The translations under genes and the position numbers were made by a program. From Haliotis rufescens (lineage: Eukaryota), in assembly GCF_023055435.1 (NCBI RefSeq), contig NW_025964372.1:53940001-54004000 (forward strand): 64,000 nucleotides of DNA, written 5' to 3'. This document shows, in pieces, positions 29,723-43,539 of this stretch. The stretch's first letter is position 1; the number at the start of each line of letters is the position of its first letter. The notes beneath the pieces were generated by a model that saw only the letters and a list, made by a program, of their open reading frames with translations, was not told the origin of the DNA and searched no databases.

Positions 29723-31895
29723 AGTGACGGGATCAAACTGAGCGTCACGCCATCAGGGTGACGGTGTCGGGATGAGAGTGGGGTGATGGGATGAGAATGA
29801 GGATAGCAAGGTGAGGGTGAGGGTGACGGGATGATGCTGAGAGTGACAGGATGAGAGTGATGATCACGGAATGAGAGTAAAAGTTGACAGGATGAAACTG
29901 AGAATAACGGGGTGAGAGTGAGGGTGACGGGATGAGAATGAGGATAGCAAGATGAGGGTGAGGGTTACGGGATGAGAGTGAGAGTGACGGGATGATGCTG
30001 AGAGTTACTTGGTCAGAGTGATGGTCACGGAATAAGAGTAAGAGTGACAGGATGAAGGTGAGGATAACGGGGTGAGAGTAAGGTGACGGGATGAGAGTGG
30101 AGGTGACGGGATCAGAGTAAGAGTGGCATGGTCAGAGGGAGGATGACGGGATGAGGGTGTGAGTGAGAGTGACAGGAAGAGAGTGGGGCAACGGGATGTG
30201 AGTGAGAGTGACAGGAAGAGAGTGGAGGTGACGGGATGAGAGTGAGAGTGACGGGATGAGAGTGAGAGTGACAGGAAGAAAGTGGAGGTGACGGGATGAG
30301 AGTGAGAGTGACGGGATGAGAGTGAGAGTGACAGGAAGAGAGTGGAGGTGACGGGATGAGAGTGAGAGTTGCGGGATGAGAGTGAGAGTGACAGGAAGAG
30401 AGTGGAGGTGACGGGATGAGAGTGAGAGTTGCGGGATGAGAGTGAGAGTGACAGGAAGAGAGTGAGAGTGACGGGATGAGAGTGAGAGTGACGGGATGAG
30501 AGTGAGAGTGACAGGAAGAGAGTGGAGGTGACGGGATGAGAGTGAGAGTTGCGGGATGAGAGTGAGAGTGACAGGAAGAGAGTGGAGGTGACGGGATGAG
30601 AGTGAGAGTGACGGGATGAGAGTGAGAGTGACAGGAAGAGAGTGGAGGTGACGGGATGAGAGTGAGAGTTACGGGATGAGAGTGAGAGTGACAGGAAGAG
30701 AGTGGAGGTGACAGGATGAGAGTGAGAGTGACGGGATGAGAGTGAGAGTGACAGGAAGAGAGTGGAGGTGACGGGATGAGAGTGAGAGTTACGGGATGAG
30801 AGTGGAGGTGACGGGATAAGAGTGAGAGTTACGGGATGAGAGTGAGAGTTACGGGATGAGAGTGAGAGTGACAGGAAGAGAGTGGAGGTGACAGGATGAG
30901 AGTGAGAGTTGCGGGATGAGAGTGAGAGTGACAGGGAGAGAGTGGAGGTGACGGGATGAGAGTGAGAGTGATGGGATGAGAGTGAGAGTGACAGAATGAG
31001 AGTGGAGGTGACGGGATAAGAGTGAGGATGACAGAATGAGAGTGGAGGTGACGGGATAAGAGTGAGGATGACGGGAAGAGAGTGGAGGTGAGGGGATGAG
31101 AGTAAGAATGACAGGAAGAGATTGGTGGTGACGGGATGAGAGTGATAGTGACAGGAAGAGAGTGGAGGTGACGGGATGAGAGTGAGAGTGACGGGATGAG
31201 AGTGGAGGTGACGGGATGAGAGTGAGAGTGATGGGATGAGAGTGAGAGTGACAGAATGAGAGTGGAGGTGACGGGATAAGAGTGAGGATGACAGAATGAG
31301 AGTGGAGGTGACGGGATAAGAGTGAGGATGACGGGAAGAGAGTGGAGGTGAGGGGATGAGAGTAAGAATGACAGGAAGAGATTGGTGGTGACGGGATGAG
31401 AGTGATAGTGACAGGAAGAGAGTGGAGGTGACGGGATGAGAGTGAGAGTGACGGGATGAGAGTGAGAGTGACGGGAAGAAAGTGGAGGTGAGGGGATGAG
31501 AGTGAGAGTGACAGGAAGAGATTGGTGGTGACGGGATGAGAGTGATAGTGACAGGAAGAGAGTGGAGGTGACGGGATGAGAGTGAGAGTGACGGGATGAG
31601 AGTGAGAGTGGCGAAATGAGAGTGGAGGTGACGGGATAAGAGTGAGCATGACAGGATGGAGTGAGGATGACGGGAAGAGATTGGTTGTGACGGGATGAGA
31701 GTGAGAGTGACGAAATGAGAGTTGGAGTGACGGGATAAGAGTGAGCATGACAGGATGGGAGTGAGGATGACGGGAAGAGATCGGTTGTGACGGGGTGAGA
31801 GTGAGAGTGACGAAATGAGAGTGGAGGTGACGGGATAAGAGTGAGGATGACAGGTTTGGAGTGAGGATGGCGGGAAGAGAGTGGAGGTGGCGGGA
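29723..31895. repeat. 20-bp purine-rich minisatellite with 60-bp higher-order period
   Basis: acgggatgagagtgagagtg / acaggaagagagtggaggtg. The 60-bp period is visible in aligned lines 30241-30720. Confidence 0.95.
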
Positions 31896-31899
31896 TCAG

Positions 31900-33222
31900 A
31901 ATGGGTTGGGTGAGGGGATGGGGTGAGGGGATGGGGTGAGGGGATGGGTGAGGGTTGGGTGAGGGGATGGAGTGAGGGGATGGGGTGAGGGGATGGGGTG
32001 AGGGGATGGGGTGAGGGGATGGGTGAGGGGATGGAATGAGGGGTTGGGTGAGGGGATGGAGTGAGGGGATGGGGTGAGGGGATGGAGTGAGGGGTTGGGT
32101 GAGGGGATGGGGTGAGGGTTGGGTGAGGGGATGGGGTGAGGGGATGGGGTGAGGGGATGGAGTGGGGGGATGGATTGAGGGGATGGAGTGAGGGGATGGG
32201 ATAAGGGGATGGGGTGAGGGGATGGGGTGAGGGGATGGAGTGAGGGGATGGAGTGAGGGGATGGGGTGAGGGGATGGGATAAGGGGATGGAGTGAGGGGA
32301 TGGAGTGAGGGGATGGAGTGAGGGGATGGGGTGAGGGGATGGGGTGAGGGGATTGGGTGAGGGGATTGGGTGAGGGGATGGAGTGAGAGGATGGGGTGAG
32401 GGGATGGAGTGAGGGGATGGGGTGAGGGGATGGAGTGAGGGGATGGAGTGAGGGGATGGAGTGAGGGGATGGAGTGAGGGGATGGGGTGAGGGGATGGGG
32501 TAAGGGGATGGAGCGAGGGGATAGGGTGAGGGGATGGAGTGAGGGGATGGGGTGAGGGGATGGGGTGAGGGGATGGGGTGAGGGGATGGGGTGAGGGGAA
32601 GGGATGAGGGGATGGAGTGAGGGGATGGAGTGAGGGGATGGAGTGAGGGGATGGAGTGAGGGGATGGAGTGAGGGGATGGAGTGAGGGGATGGAGTGAGG
32701 GGATGGGGTAAGGGGATGGAGCGAGGGGATAGGGTGAGGGGATGGAGCGAGGGGATGGGGTGAGGGGATGGAGTGAGGGGATGGGGTGAGGGGATGGGGT
32801 GAGGGGAAGGGATGAGGGGATGGAGTGAGGGGATGGAGTGAGGGGATGGAGTGAGGGGATGGAGTGAGGGGATGGAGTGAGGGGATGGAGTGAGGGGATG
32901 GGGTAAGGGGATGGAGCGAGGGGATGGGGTGAGGGGGATGAGTGAGGGGGGTTGGTGAGAGGAGGGCATGAGGGGTTGGGGGAGAGGTGGAGTAAGGGGC
33001 TTGGGTGAGGGGGGTGTGTGAGAGATCGAGATGAGGGAATGTGTAAGGGGATGGGGTAAGGGGATGGAGCGAGGGGATGGGGTGAGAGGGATGAGTGAGG
33101 GGGGTTGGTGATAGGAGGGCATGAGGGGTTGGGGGAGAGGTGGAGTAAGGGGCTTGGGTGAGGGGTGTGTGAGAGATCGAGATGAGGGAGTGTGTGAGGG
33201 GATGGAGTGAGGGGATGGGGTG
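31900..33222. repeat. 14-bp G-rich minisatellite
   Basis: Unit gtgaggggatgg(a/g)g. Confidence 0.95.
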
Positions 33223-33637
33223 AGCAGCGTTGGATACCTCTTAGCGGGAGTAGATGGAGGTGTACCGTGTGTGTCTCCCCCCTCCCCTCCACAGCACCAG
33301 GTGACCTCCATAACGTTGTGTCACGGGGTCAAGGAGTGCAAGCGTCACGCTTCCCCCAAGGAACTGCGGCCAGTGAATATACCCTCATCTACAAGCCTGG
33401 TTTTGCCTGGTTTTCATGAAGTGACGAGCGTGATCAGCCATGCAGGTGAGAAGATTGTGGCGTTGAGGCTGGATTATATACCAATAAGCCCCTTCTGGGT
33501 GGTCACACGCGGTCGGACTCTGGACGCAGGTGGACACACCATGCCTCGCACTGACCACAATTCCTTGGTGCCATTGTAAAAAGCGATCTTAGCGCTCAGG
33601 TTGTTTTGTACAACGGCACCCTTGTCTATAACACACT

Positions 33638-34765
33638 CAATCAGAGTGATTAATATCATAGCTATATAAGGATCTACCAACAATCAGAGTGATGAATATC
33701 ATAGCTATATAAGCGTCTACCAACAATCAGAGTGACGAATATCATAGCTATATAAGCATCTACCAACAATCAGAGTGACGAATATCATAGCTATATAAGC
33801 GTCTACCAACAATCAGAGTGATGAATATCATAGCTATATAACCATCTACCAACAATCAGAGTGACGAATATCATAGCTATATAAGCATCTACCAACAATC
33901 AGAGTGATGAATATCATAGCTATATAACCATGTACCAACAATCAGAGTGACGAATATCATAGCTATATAAGCGTCTACCAACAATCAGAGTGAAGAATAT
34001 CATAGCTATATAAGCGTCTACTAACAATCAGAGTGATTAATATCATAGCTATATTAGCATCTACCAACAATCAGAGTGATTAATATCATAGCTATATAAG
34101 CGTCTACCAACAATCAGAGTGGCGAATATCATAGCTATATAAGCATCTACCAACAATCAGAGTGATTAATATCATAGCTATATTAGCATCTACCAACAAT
34201 CAGAGTGATTAATATCATAGCTATATAAGAGTCTACCAACAATCAGAGTGATTAATATCATAGCTATATAAGCATCTACCAACAATCAGAGTGATTAATA
34301 TCATAGCTATATAAGCGTCTACCAACAATCAGAGTGATTAATATCATAGCTATATAAGCGTCTACCAACAATCAGAGTGATTAATATCATAGCTATATTA
34401 GCATCTACCAACAATCAGAGTGATTAATATCATAGCTATATAAGCATCTACCAACAACCAGAGTGATTAATATCATAGCTATATAAGCGTCTACCAACAA
34501 TCAGAGTGATTAATATCATAGCTATATAAGCGTCTATCAACAATCAGAGTGATTAATATCATAGCTATATAAGCGTCTACCAACAATCAGAGTGATTAAT
34601 ATCATAGCTATATAAGCGTCTACCAACAATCAGAGTGATTAATATCATAGCTATATAAGCATCTACCAACAACCAGAGTGATTAATATCATAGCTATATA
34701 AGCGTCTACCAACAACCAGAGTGAGGAATATCATAGCTGTACGGGTCTACCAATAATCAGTGTGA
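33638..34765. repeat. 43-bp minisatellite, ~26 copies
   Basis: Unit atcagagtgattaatatcatagctatataagcgtctaccaaca. Confidence 0.97.
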
Positions 34766-35969
34766 CAAATGGTATAAGTTGACCAATCCGTTCTGTACCG
34801 TAAGCTGCCTGCAGTAATATCCTTTAATCATGACATTGATTCTAACACCTGGAGGTGGTGGATCAGCGCAGATTCTGGCCGGCCCTTTAATTGTCCACTA
34901 ACAGATGACGTCATTTTTTACGTGGCACGAGATTGCCATTTAGCACGTGCATTTGTCCATCAGACCACGCGCTATTACCCGCCAGTATATGTGGACACCT
35001 TGTAATGTGGACAGTGAGGCGCCGGTAATGTCCTAATGTAAGTCAATAACTGTACATAGTGTAGCCATTAGAACCAGACTGCACCTCTCTATGAGGAGAC
35101 ATTGCAGCAGCTCTGGGCGAACGCCGTCATTAAGTTAGTAGGGATACCAACTAATCTGGCGGAAAATTCCAATAATAGTCCTACTGCCGCGTCAGTCAGT
35201 GGCCTGGTATTTTGTCTTGCATCTTTAAAACTGTTTAAAAGTGTTGTGTATTGTGTGGGGCTGGTTGCATCCCCCATGGGTCCCTGTCCGTTATACACTT
35301 GGCTTACCATCCATTGTTGCCTCATAGAAATCGAATCGATGTCACATCGCCCATATGAAATATTAACCTTCCTATGATCACTAACTAAAGCTCTTTTGTA
35401 TCGTCTAATCGGTCTCGGATATTCCATGCCATTCACACGTCCGATCGCGAGAAGAGCCTAGATTGCGTCTAAACACTGCAGCGTTCCACGTGGCATGATA
35501 TGAATAGCGGCATAAATGATTGGTGTGCACGGAGTGATAACAGTGTTTAGTGTCGTCCCTCGTTGACTGAGCTTACGATTAAACTTTAAACACCGCTAGT
35601 GGGGATGTCGACAGTCCTTGGTGTCCCCGGATGTAGACAAATGACGGACCGAGGTGACCTCACTGTGCTGCATATTGCATGACTGTAGGGACGCGCAGAA
35701 TGTCTCCCGAGACTTGGATTGAAATTTAAACGCTTGATCATTTTACCGTGACGTGAACAATTAGCAGCTGTCTTCATGGTAACAATTGTGACGCGTGCGC
35801 AACGCCTCCTAACAACTGTCATAGGTGTCTGTGTACACATAGAATGTGTCTGACATTTAGTCAGATTATGCCTCACAACTAACGAGTACGAGATCGCACA
35901 GCTACACCCTGCTAAGTCACTGTGCTTGTAGGAACAACCAGCTTTAATAAAGAGTAGGTAGATCAACAA

Positions 35970-37830
35970 TGCTATATCTGTGAGAAGGTAGGTACACCCT
36001 GCTACATATGTGAGAAGGTAGGTACACCCTGCTACATATGTGAGAAGGTAGGTACACCCTGCTACATATGTGAGTAGATAGGTACACCCTGCTACATCAA
36101 TGAGTAGGTAGGTACACCATGCTACATCAATGAGTAGGTAGATACAGCCTGCTACATCAATGAGTAGGTAGGTACACCCTGCTACATCAATGAGTAGGTA
36201 GGTACACCCTGCTACATCAATGAGTAGGTAGGTACACCCTGCTACATCAATGAGTAGGTAGGTACACCCTGCTACATCAATGAGTAGGTAGGTACACCCT
36301 GCTACATCAATGAGTAGGTAGGTACACCCTGCTACATATGTGAGTAGATAGGTACACCCTGCTACATCAATGAGTAGGTAGGTACACCCTGCTACATCAA
36401 TGAGTAGGTAGGTACACCCTGCTACATCAATGAGTAGGTAGGTACACCCTGCTACATCAATGAGTAGGTAGGTACACCCTGCTACATCAATGAGTAGGTA
36501 GGTACACCCTGCTACATCAATGAGTAGGTAGGTACACCCTGCTACATCAATGAGTAGATAGGTACACCCTGCTACATCAATGAGTAGGTAGGTACACCCT
36601 TCTACATCAATGAGTAGGTAGATACAGCCTGCTACATAAATGAGTAGATAGGTACACCCTGCTACATCAATGAGTAGGTAGGTACACCCTGCTACATCAA
36701 TGAGTAGGTAGGTACACCCTGCTACATTAATGAGTAGGTATATACACCCTGCTACATATATGAGTAGCTCGGTACACCCTGCTACATTAGGAGTAGGTAG
36801 ATACACCTTGCTTCATTAGGAGGAGGTAGGTACGCCCTGCTACATTAGGAGGAGGTAGGTACGCCCTGCTACACTAGGAGTAGGTAGGTATACCTTGCTA
36901 CATTAGGAGTATGTAGGTATACCTTGATATATTAGGAGTACGTAGACAAACCCTACTACATTTGGAGTAGGTAGGTACACCCTGCTACATTAGGAGTATG
37001 TAGGTATACCTCGCTACATTAGGAGTACGTAGACAAACTCTACTACATTAGGAGTAGGTAGGTACACCCTACTACATTTGGAGTAGGTAGGTACACCCTG
37101 CTACATTAGGAGTATGTAGGTATACCTCGCTACATTAGGAGTACGTAGACAAACCCTACTACATTAGGAGTAGGTAGGTACACCCTGCTACACTAGGAGT
37201 AGGTAGGTACACCCTGCTACACTAGGAGTAGGTAGGTATACCTTGCTACACTAGGAGTACGTAGACAAACCCTACTACATTTGGAGTAGGTAGGTACACC
37301 CTGCTACACTAGGAGTAGGTAGGTACACCCTGCTAAACTAGGAGTAGGTAGGTACACCCTGCTACATTAGGAGTAGGTAGGTACACCGTACTACATTTGG
37401 AGTAGGTAGGTACACCCTACTACATTTGGAGTAGGTAGGTACACCCTGCTACACTAGGAGTAGGTAGACAAACCCTACTACATTTGGAGTAGGAAGGTAC
37501 ACCCTGCTACATTAGGAGGAGGTAGGTACACCCTGCTACACTAGGAGTAGGTAGGTACACCCTGCTACACTAGGAGTAGGTAGGTACACCCTGCTACACT
37601 AGGAGTAGGTAGATACACCCTACTACACTAGGAGTAGGTAGGTACACCCTGCTACACTAGGAGTAGGTAGGTACACCCTGCTACACTAGGAGTAGGTAGG
37701 TACACCCTGCTACACTAGGAGTAGGTAGGTATACCCTGCTCCATTAGGAGGAGGTAGGTACACCCTGCTACACTAGGAGTAGGTAGGTATACCCTGCTAC
37801 ACTAGGAGTAGGTAGGTATACCCTGCTACA
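35970..37830. repeat. 30-bp minisatellite switching to a 29-bp variant at ~36790
   Basis: gctacatcaatgagtaggtaggtacaccct, then gctacactaggagtaggtaggtacaccct. Confidence 0.96.
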
Positions 37831-37835
37831 TCACT

Positions 37836-38005
37836 GAGGAGGCATTTGGTTATCCTAGTGATCAATGCGTTTTCTCGTAACCCAAAGGCCCCGTGTTCGA
37901 TTCCCCAAATGTGAACAATGTATGAAGCCTTTTTCTGGTGTCCTTCATCGTAATATATCTGGAATATTGCTAAAGGCGACGCAAGACCACTCACTCACTC
38001 ACTCA
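37836..38005 (+). mobile_element. Diverged tRNA-derived SINE
   Basis: Degenerate A box (tatcctagtg), B box (gtgttcgattcc), body collinear with the SINE at 54800-54955, (CACT)n tail. Confidence 0.8.
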
Positions 38006-38939
38006 CATCCCAGAGGAGATACACCCTGCCTGCTTCAAGAGGAGTAGTCTCCCCTGTCTAGGTGCCTGAAAGTGGTCAAGGGAGGCTGTCGGAGTGGCTG
38101 ATGCAGGAGTGGCTGATGCAGGAGGGGGAGTGACGGTGGTCTGCATGCAGAGGACGGGAGCACTTAGATGATCTCATCTCGTCTCCTTAAGGTATTACAG
38201 ATCTTTTGTCTTGTTAATTGCGGGGCAAATACCTTCTGTATGGATTAATTACCGCCACAGGATACAGAAGCTGAGCGAATCTTAAATCTCTCGGAGGCAA
38301 AGAGTCGGCATTCAGGGATGAATCGGCAGAGGAAGTTGTCTAAATAGCTCCACACTTTGACTGTGACTCGCCGGAAATTGAAGCGAAATGGCGCGGAAAG
38401 AGGGAGCAATGGCCTCGCATGCCGCAAACCAATAGAAAAGTTTGGAAATGGGCAAATAGCGCAATTTGGTTGCAAATTCGCAGTCAACGTTTGGGTGAGT
38501 AAAACCTGTATCAAATGAAGTGGCCATCACACTAAAGATTATTCAACAAAAAGTGAATAAAAAAAAGAAGGTTTTAACAGACGTTTGGATTATTTAGTTT
38601 TAAGCATCATTGTTTTTTTAAGATTTTTTACACCGTTCCATGACAGGCTTTAATTTTTTTGACAATTTATTTGAAAATATTCTCGTCAAACTGTAATAAA
38701 AACTGCCGGCATTGTCTACTCTACTGTCAGCAAGGGAATGAACGCACACAGACTTGGGGGATATTTCCGGTTGGGAGAATACAAGGGAAATATGTATCAT
38801 ATTCAACTGGAAATTCGAAGTGTTATCTGTCACAGAGAAGCTGTAAAGTCATAAAATAAAATTATATGCGAAGAAGTTCTTAATTACATCACGAACCTGT
38901 TTTGCCGCAGTAGAAGGGAGGGGGAGGGTCGGGAAGGAG

Positions 38940-40005
38940 ATTGATGGACGAGAGGAGTGCAAGAGGGACAGAGAGACGAGGGGAGTTGAAGGGGTAAAAA
39001 GGGGATAGAGAGACGAGGTGAGAGGACGAGTGCAAGAGGGATAGAGAGACGAGGGGAGTTGAAGGGGGAAGAGGGGGTAGAGAGATGGGATTCGGCGATG
39101 AGGCGAGGGAAAGTACAAAGAGGGGATAGAGAGACGAGGGGAGTTGAAGGGGGGAAGGGGGGTAGAGAGATGGGATTCGGTGATGAGGCGAGGGAAAGTA
39201 CAAAGAGGGGATAGAGAGACGAGGGGAGTTGAAGGGGGGAAGAGGGGGTAGAGAGATGGGATTAGGAGACGAGGTGAGAGGACGAGTGCAAGAGGGGATA
39301 GAGAGACGAGACGAGGGAAAGAGTGCAAGAGGGGATAGAGAGACAAGACGAGGGAAAGAGTGCAAGATGGGATAGAGAGACGAGGCGAGGGGAAGAGTAA
39401 AAGAGGGGATAGAGAGACGAGGTGGGAGGACGAGTACAAGAGGGGATAGAGAGACGAGGTGAGAGGACGAGTGCAAGAGGGGATAGAGAGACGAGGTGAG
39501 AGGACGAGTACAAGAGGGGATAGAGAGACGAGGTGAGAGGACGAGTGCAAGAGGGGATAGAGAGACGAGGTGAGGGAAAGAGTACAAGAGGGGATAGAGA
39601 GACGAGACGAGGGAAAGAGTACAAGAGGGGATAGAGAGACGAGACGAGGGAAAGAGTACAAGAGGGGATAGAGAGACGAGACGAGGGAAAGAGTGCAAGA
39701 GGGGATAGAGAGACGAGGTGAGAGGACGAGTGCAAGAGGGGATAGAGAGACGAGGTGAGGGAAAGAGTACAAGAGGAGATAGAGAGACGAGGTGAGAGGA
39801 CGAGTGCAAGAGGGGATAGAGAGACGAGGCGAGGGAAAGATACAAGAGGGGATAGAGAGACGAGACGAGGGAAAGATACAAGAGGGGATAGAGAGACGAG
39901 GCGAGGGAAAGATACAAGAGGGGATAGAGAGACGAGGCGAGGGAAAGATACAAGAGGGGATAGAGAGACGAGACGAGGGAAAGATACAAGAGGGGATAGA
40001 GAGAT
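38940..40005. repeat. Purine-rich ~36-39-bp minisatellite
   Basis: Unit like gagagacgaggtgagaggacgagtgcaagaggggata. Confidence 0.93.
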
Positions 40006-40129
40006 GGGGTGATTGTAAGAGGGGAAGAGGTGAGACCCGAGGCAGGACAGTACACTGAATAATAATCACAAACATTGTTACCTCTCTGTAGAAAACTTCT
40101 GTTGAAATTAAAACAGCAATAGTTGTGTT

Positions 40130-42462
40130 GTCATATATGAAATAGACAACATCAGTTTTATAATGCCCGTAAAAAGTACAAACATTGTAGAAAATGGACA
40201 GAGAAGAAATATACGGAGGATTTACTAAACAAACTTGAAACTTTGTCTTCAAGACACCCACAGGAATACTGGAGACTTGTCAGGGAAATCACTGAAAATA
40301 ACGTTGATGAAAAACAAGGTGACATATCTACTGAGGAGTGGGAAAATCACTTCACTACGCTAAATTGCGACGTACCAGATAGCACAGAATTTCATTGTAA
40401 TATCTCAGAATCCCTATTAAATCAGGACACAAGAGAAAATAAACTAGAAGATAAACCTGGAATATGTAATTCTCAAATAACAGCCTCAGAACATTACACT
40501 GCCGTGAAGAAATTAAAACGTGGCAAATCTGGTGGCCCAGATTTGATTCTGAATGAAATGATTTGTAATTCTGTTACTTTATTGGCCGACCACTACCTGA
40601 AGTTATTTAATATGATTTTGGATAGCGGTATATTCCCATCACAGTGGAGAACATCCTACATTGTTCCAATATACAAGAAGGGGGATGTTGACGATGTTAA
40701 TAACTACAGAGGGATTGCCCTCGGAAGCTGCCTATTATCAACTCGCGAATCATATCGCACATGGAATCATCCAAGTTGTTTGATAAGAGACAGACTGGCT
40801 TTAGAAAAGATTTTAGAACATCTGATAACATCTTCATACTGCGGACTCTGATTCAGAAATATAAGAAGTCTAAGAAGAAATTGTATGCTTGCTTTGTTGA
40901 TTTTAGTAAAGCTTTTGACACTGTGTGGAGAAATGGTCTAAGACACAAGCTACTAAATAACACCATAAATGGGAAAATCTATAATCTACTTGATAATATA
41001 TACTCTACACTCTATTATGCTGTGAAAACTCAAGAAGGCTCCAGTACCCCAATTTGTTCTAATATTGGTGTCAAGCAAGGATGTGTCTGCAGCCCTACCC
41101 TCTTCAGTATCTACGTAAATGACCTACAGGATTACCTCATGTCAGACAATTCTAACAATGCCCCCTACTAAATGATAAGACCCTAACCCACTTACTATTT
41201 GCTGATGACCTTGTACTATTTTCATGCTCTGCTCGTGGTCTGCAAAACAGTCTTAACAGCCTACAGACCTTCACTGAACATTGGAAACTTAAAGTTAACT
41301 TATCGAAAACTAAAATAATTGTATTTGGGAGCTCCTCAAAAGAACATAAACTTCAATTTAAATTGGGCCATCAAATCGTTGAGGTAGTGGACTCCTACTC
41401 CTATCGTGGAGTAGTACTAATGAGGACTGGATCTTTTAAGGCCGCTGTCAATACACTGAGAGGAAAGGCCATGCGAGCATGGTATAAGATCAAAAGTTCA
41501 CTGAAATCAACTTCTCATCTCCCAGCAGACATTCTCATTCGCTTGTATAATGTCTTAATTGTACCCATTGCGTCATATGGAGCCGAGGTATGGGGCTGCA
41601 GTCTTCTAAGACCCTGCCATGAAATGTATCATAACTGGTCAAAACAACTATGTAATGAGATCACTATCAAAATAGCAAAACAGATTCGGAGTACCAAAAA
41701 AGTCGAGTAATATTGGATGCCTCAGTGAATTAGGAATGTACCCTCTTACTTTACAAATATATATGTCCATGTTTAGATATTACCAGCGCCTGAGAGGCTT
41801 GGAAGGTGACAGGCTCTTATTCGATGCGTACGAGGAGGATATTCTCTTGACCTCACAAAAAATATCCTGGACATCCTCGATCAAATAGATGATGGCACAC
41901 CTACTTCCCAAATCCAACAGTGAAAATGCCCCTTGCTCAAAATTCTATGAAGCTCTTCAAACAAAATTTAGAAATATATTTCTCATTGAATGTGACCAAG
42001 TAAACACTGATAACTCCCACAAACTTAGGAATTTGGGACTTATTACAGATAAATTTGAACTTAAGAAGTATGTCTCAGCTGTAAAGTGTAAAGATCATAG
42101 ATTAGCTTTAACCAAATTAAGACTCAGTTGCCATAATCTGGAGATTGAAAGAGGCCGATAAATTATGTAACCTAAATAAGATAGAAGATGAGAAACACTT
42201 CCTTTTGTACTGTCCAAATTATCAGAACGAAAGGCAGATACTTCTTCGAACACTAGACCTCCAAATCTGCCAAAATGATAATAAAATCCTAGCAAATATC
42301 CTGAACCCCTGTCCAGAAAGTGCAAAATATGTTTCACAAACTATCTCCGACATGTTTATTAAAAGAACCTCTCTTATAGACAACATCAAGTCATGACCTT
42401 ATGATTATTATGTCTTATCTGTACAGTATCAGCAACATTAAAGTACACGCTGCCAGCCACCT

Positions 42463-42508
<46 letters not shown>

Positions 42509-42680
42509 GTTTATACACTATGAATGAAATAATATGTAATATTTATATATATAATGTACATTATTTTTATCTACCTTTCATGTTGATAGTTATATTTATT
42601 CCATATGTAGATAGTTTGTACCCTGCCCTACGAGGGTGTTCCGTACAATAAAAATTCTTGATTCTTGATTCTTGATTCTA
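40130..42680 (+). mobile_element. 5'-truncated RTEX-like LINE, reverse-transcriptase pseudogene
   Basis: Frameshifted ORFs with LKRGKSGGPDLILNEM, IVPIYKKGD..NNYRGIAL, QTGFRK, CFVDFSKAFDTVW, GVKQGCVCSPTLFSIYVNDL, LLFADDL (~41195), YGAEVWG, TKLRLSCHNLEIERGR, EDEKHFLLYCP. Tail aataaaaa(ttcttga)n at ~42647-42680. Confidence 0.92.
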
Positions 42681-43289
42681 TATGCTGACACACACGAAGA
42701 GAGAAAGGCAGTGGGAAATGGAAGAGGGGGAAAGTGAGTAAGGTGATTAGGAGAGAGAGAGAGAGATAGGGAGGAAATGGTAGAAGAAAGAAAGACGGAG
42801 GGGAAATGGTAGAAGGAAGTGACTGTCTCTGTGTTTTACAAACTGTCACGGCTTAGCTCGTGTTATGAGATCACTAGGGGAAGTCCCGTCTGACATCTTA
42901 ATGCGCAGAATCGGATAACTGCGAAATGTGTTGAAACTCACACCTTGCTCGCTGAGGGTAGCCGGCAGGTCACGTGATGGCGGTGTTGGGTTGCAGGGCG
43001 CACTGAGCGGTGCGGCGGTGGAGGGGTGGTCACTGGACTGCGAAAAGAACTGATAATGATGAGGAAATTGGAAGAGTGGAAAGAGTGGCATGTGTCCGTG
43101 ACAAATAGGACACTCGGAAACGCGGGAAAAAGACGCACATGGCCAAGGTTGCAGCCTGCAGCCTCCCGGAAGTGACGTCAGTGACGTGACAGCGTCTCAT
43201 AACTGAAGCATCCGAATCGAGTTGGCATCACATTTGACTACTGCCTACTGGCGGATGAAATATCTACTCACTTTGCAGCGGTATATATT

Positions 43290-43385
43290 CACGGAGTGAG
43301 TGAGTTTGTTTCCACGTACAATGGTGTTGTGATTTCACGGCGTGTCATCTTGAAATGGGACGTTAACGTGATTCAAGTTCCAGAA
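43290..43385 (-). mobile_element. Highly degenerate SINE 3' fragment
   Basis: gagtgagtgag tail and tttcacggcg..gaaatggg similar to the SINE at 54800. Confidence 0.35.
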
Positions 43386-43539
43386 GTTGAATCCTTTGTT
43401 GAAAACCACGAGTATGTATATGATGTTTGCAGCCTAAGGGTCAAAACCCAGGAAAGGATCGACTGGTACCCTATTATTAATACACATGGGTTCTCATTTG
43501 CGCAAAATACAGACAGCTTGTACCATTTGGATGCAACAC

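Noticed and set aside
23941-33311. Long His/Pro/Thr- or Gly/Val/Trp-rich ORFs resembling mucins, extensins or shell proteins
   Set aside because: Open in several frames and strands because low-complexity repeats lack stops; unit indels shift frame freely.
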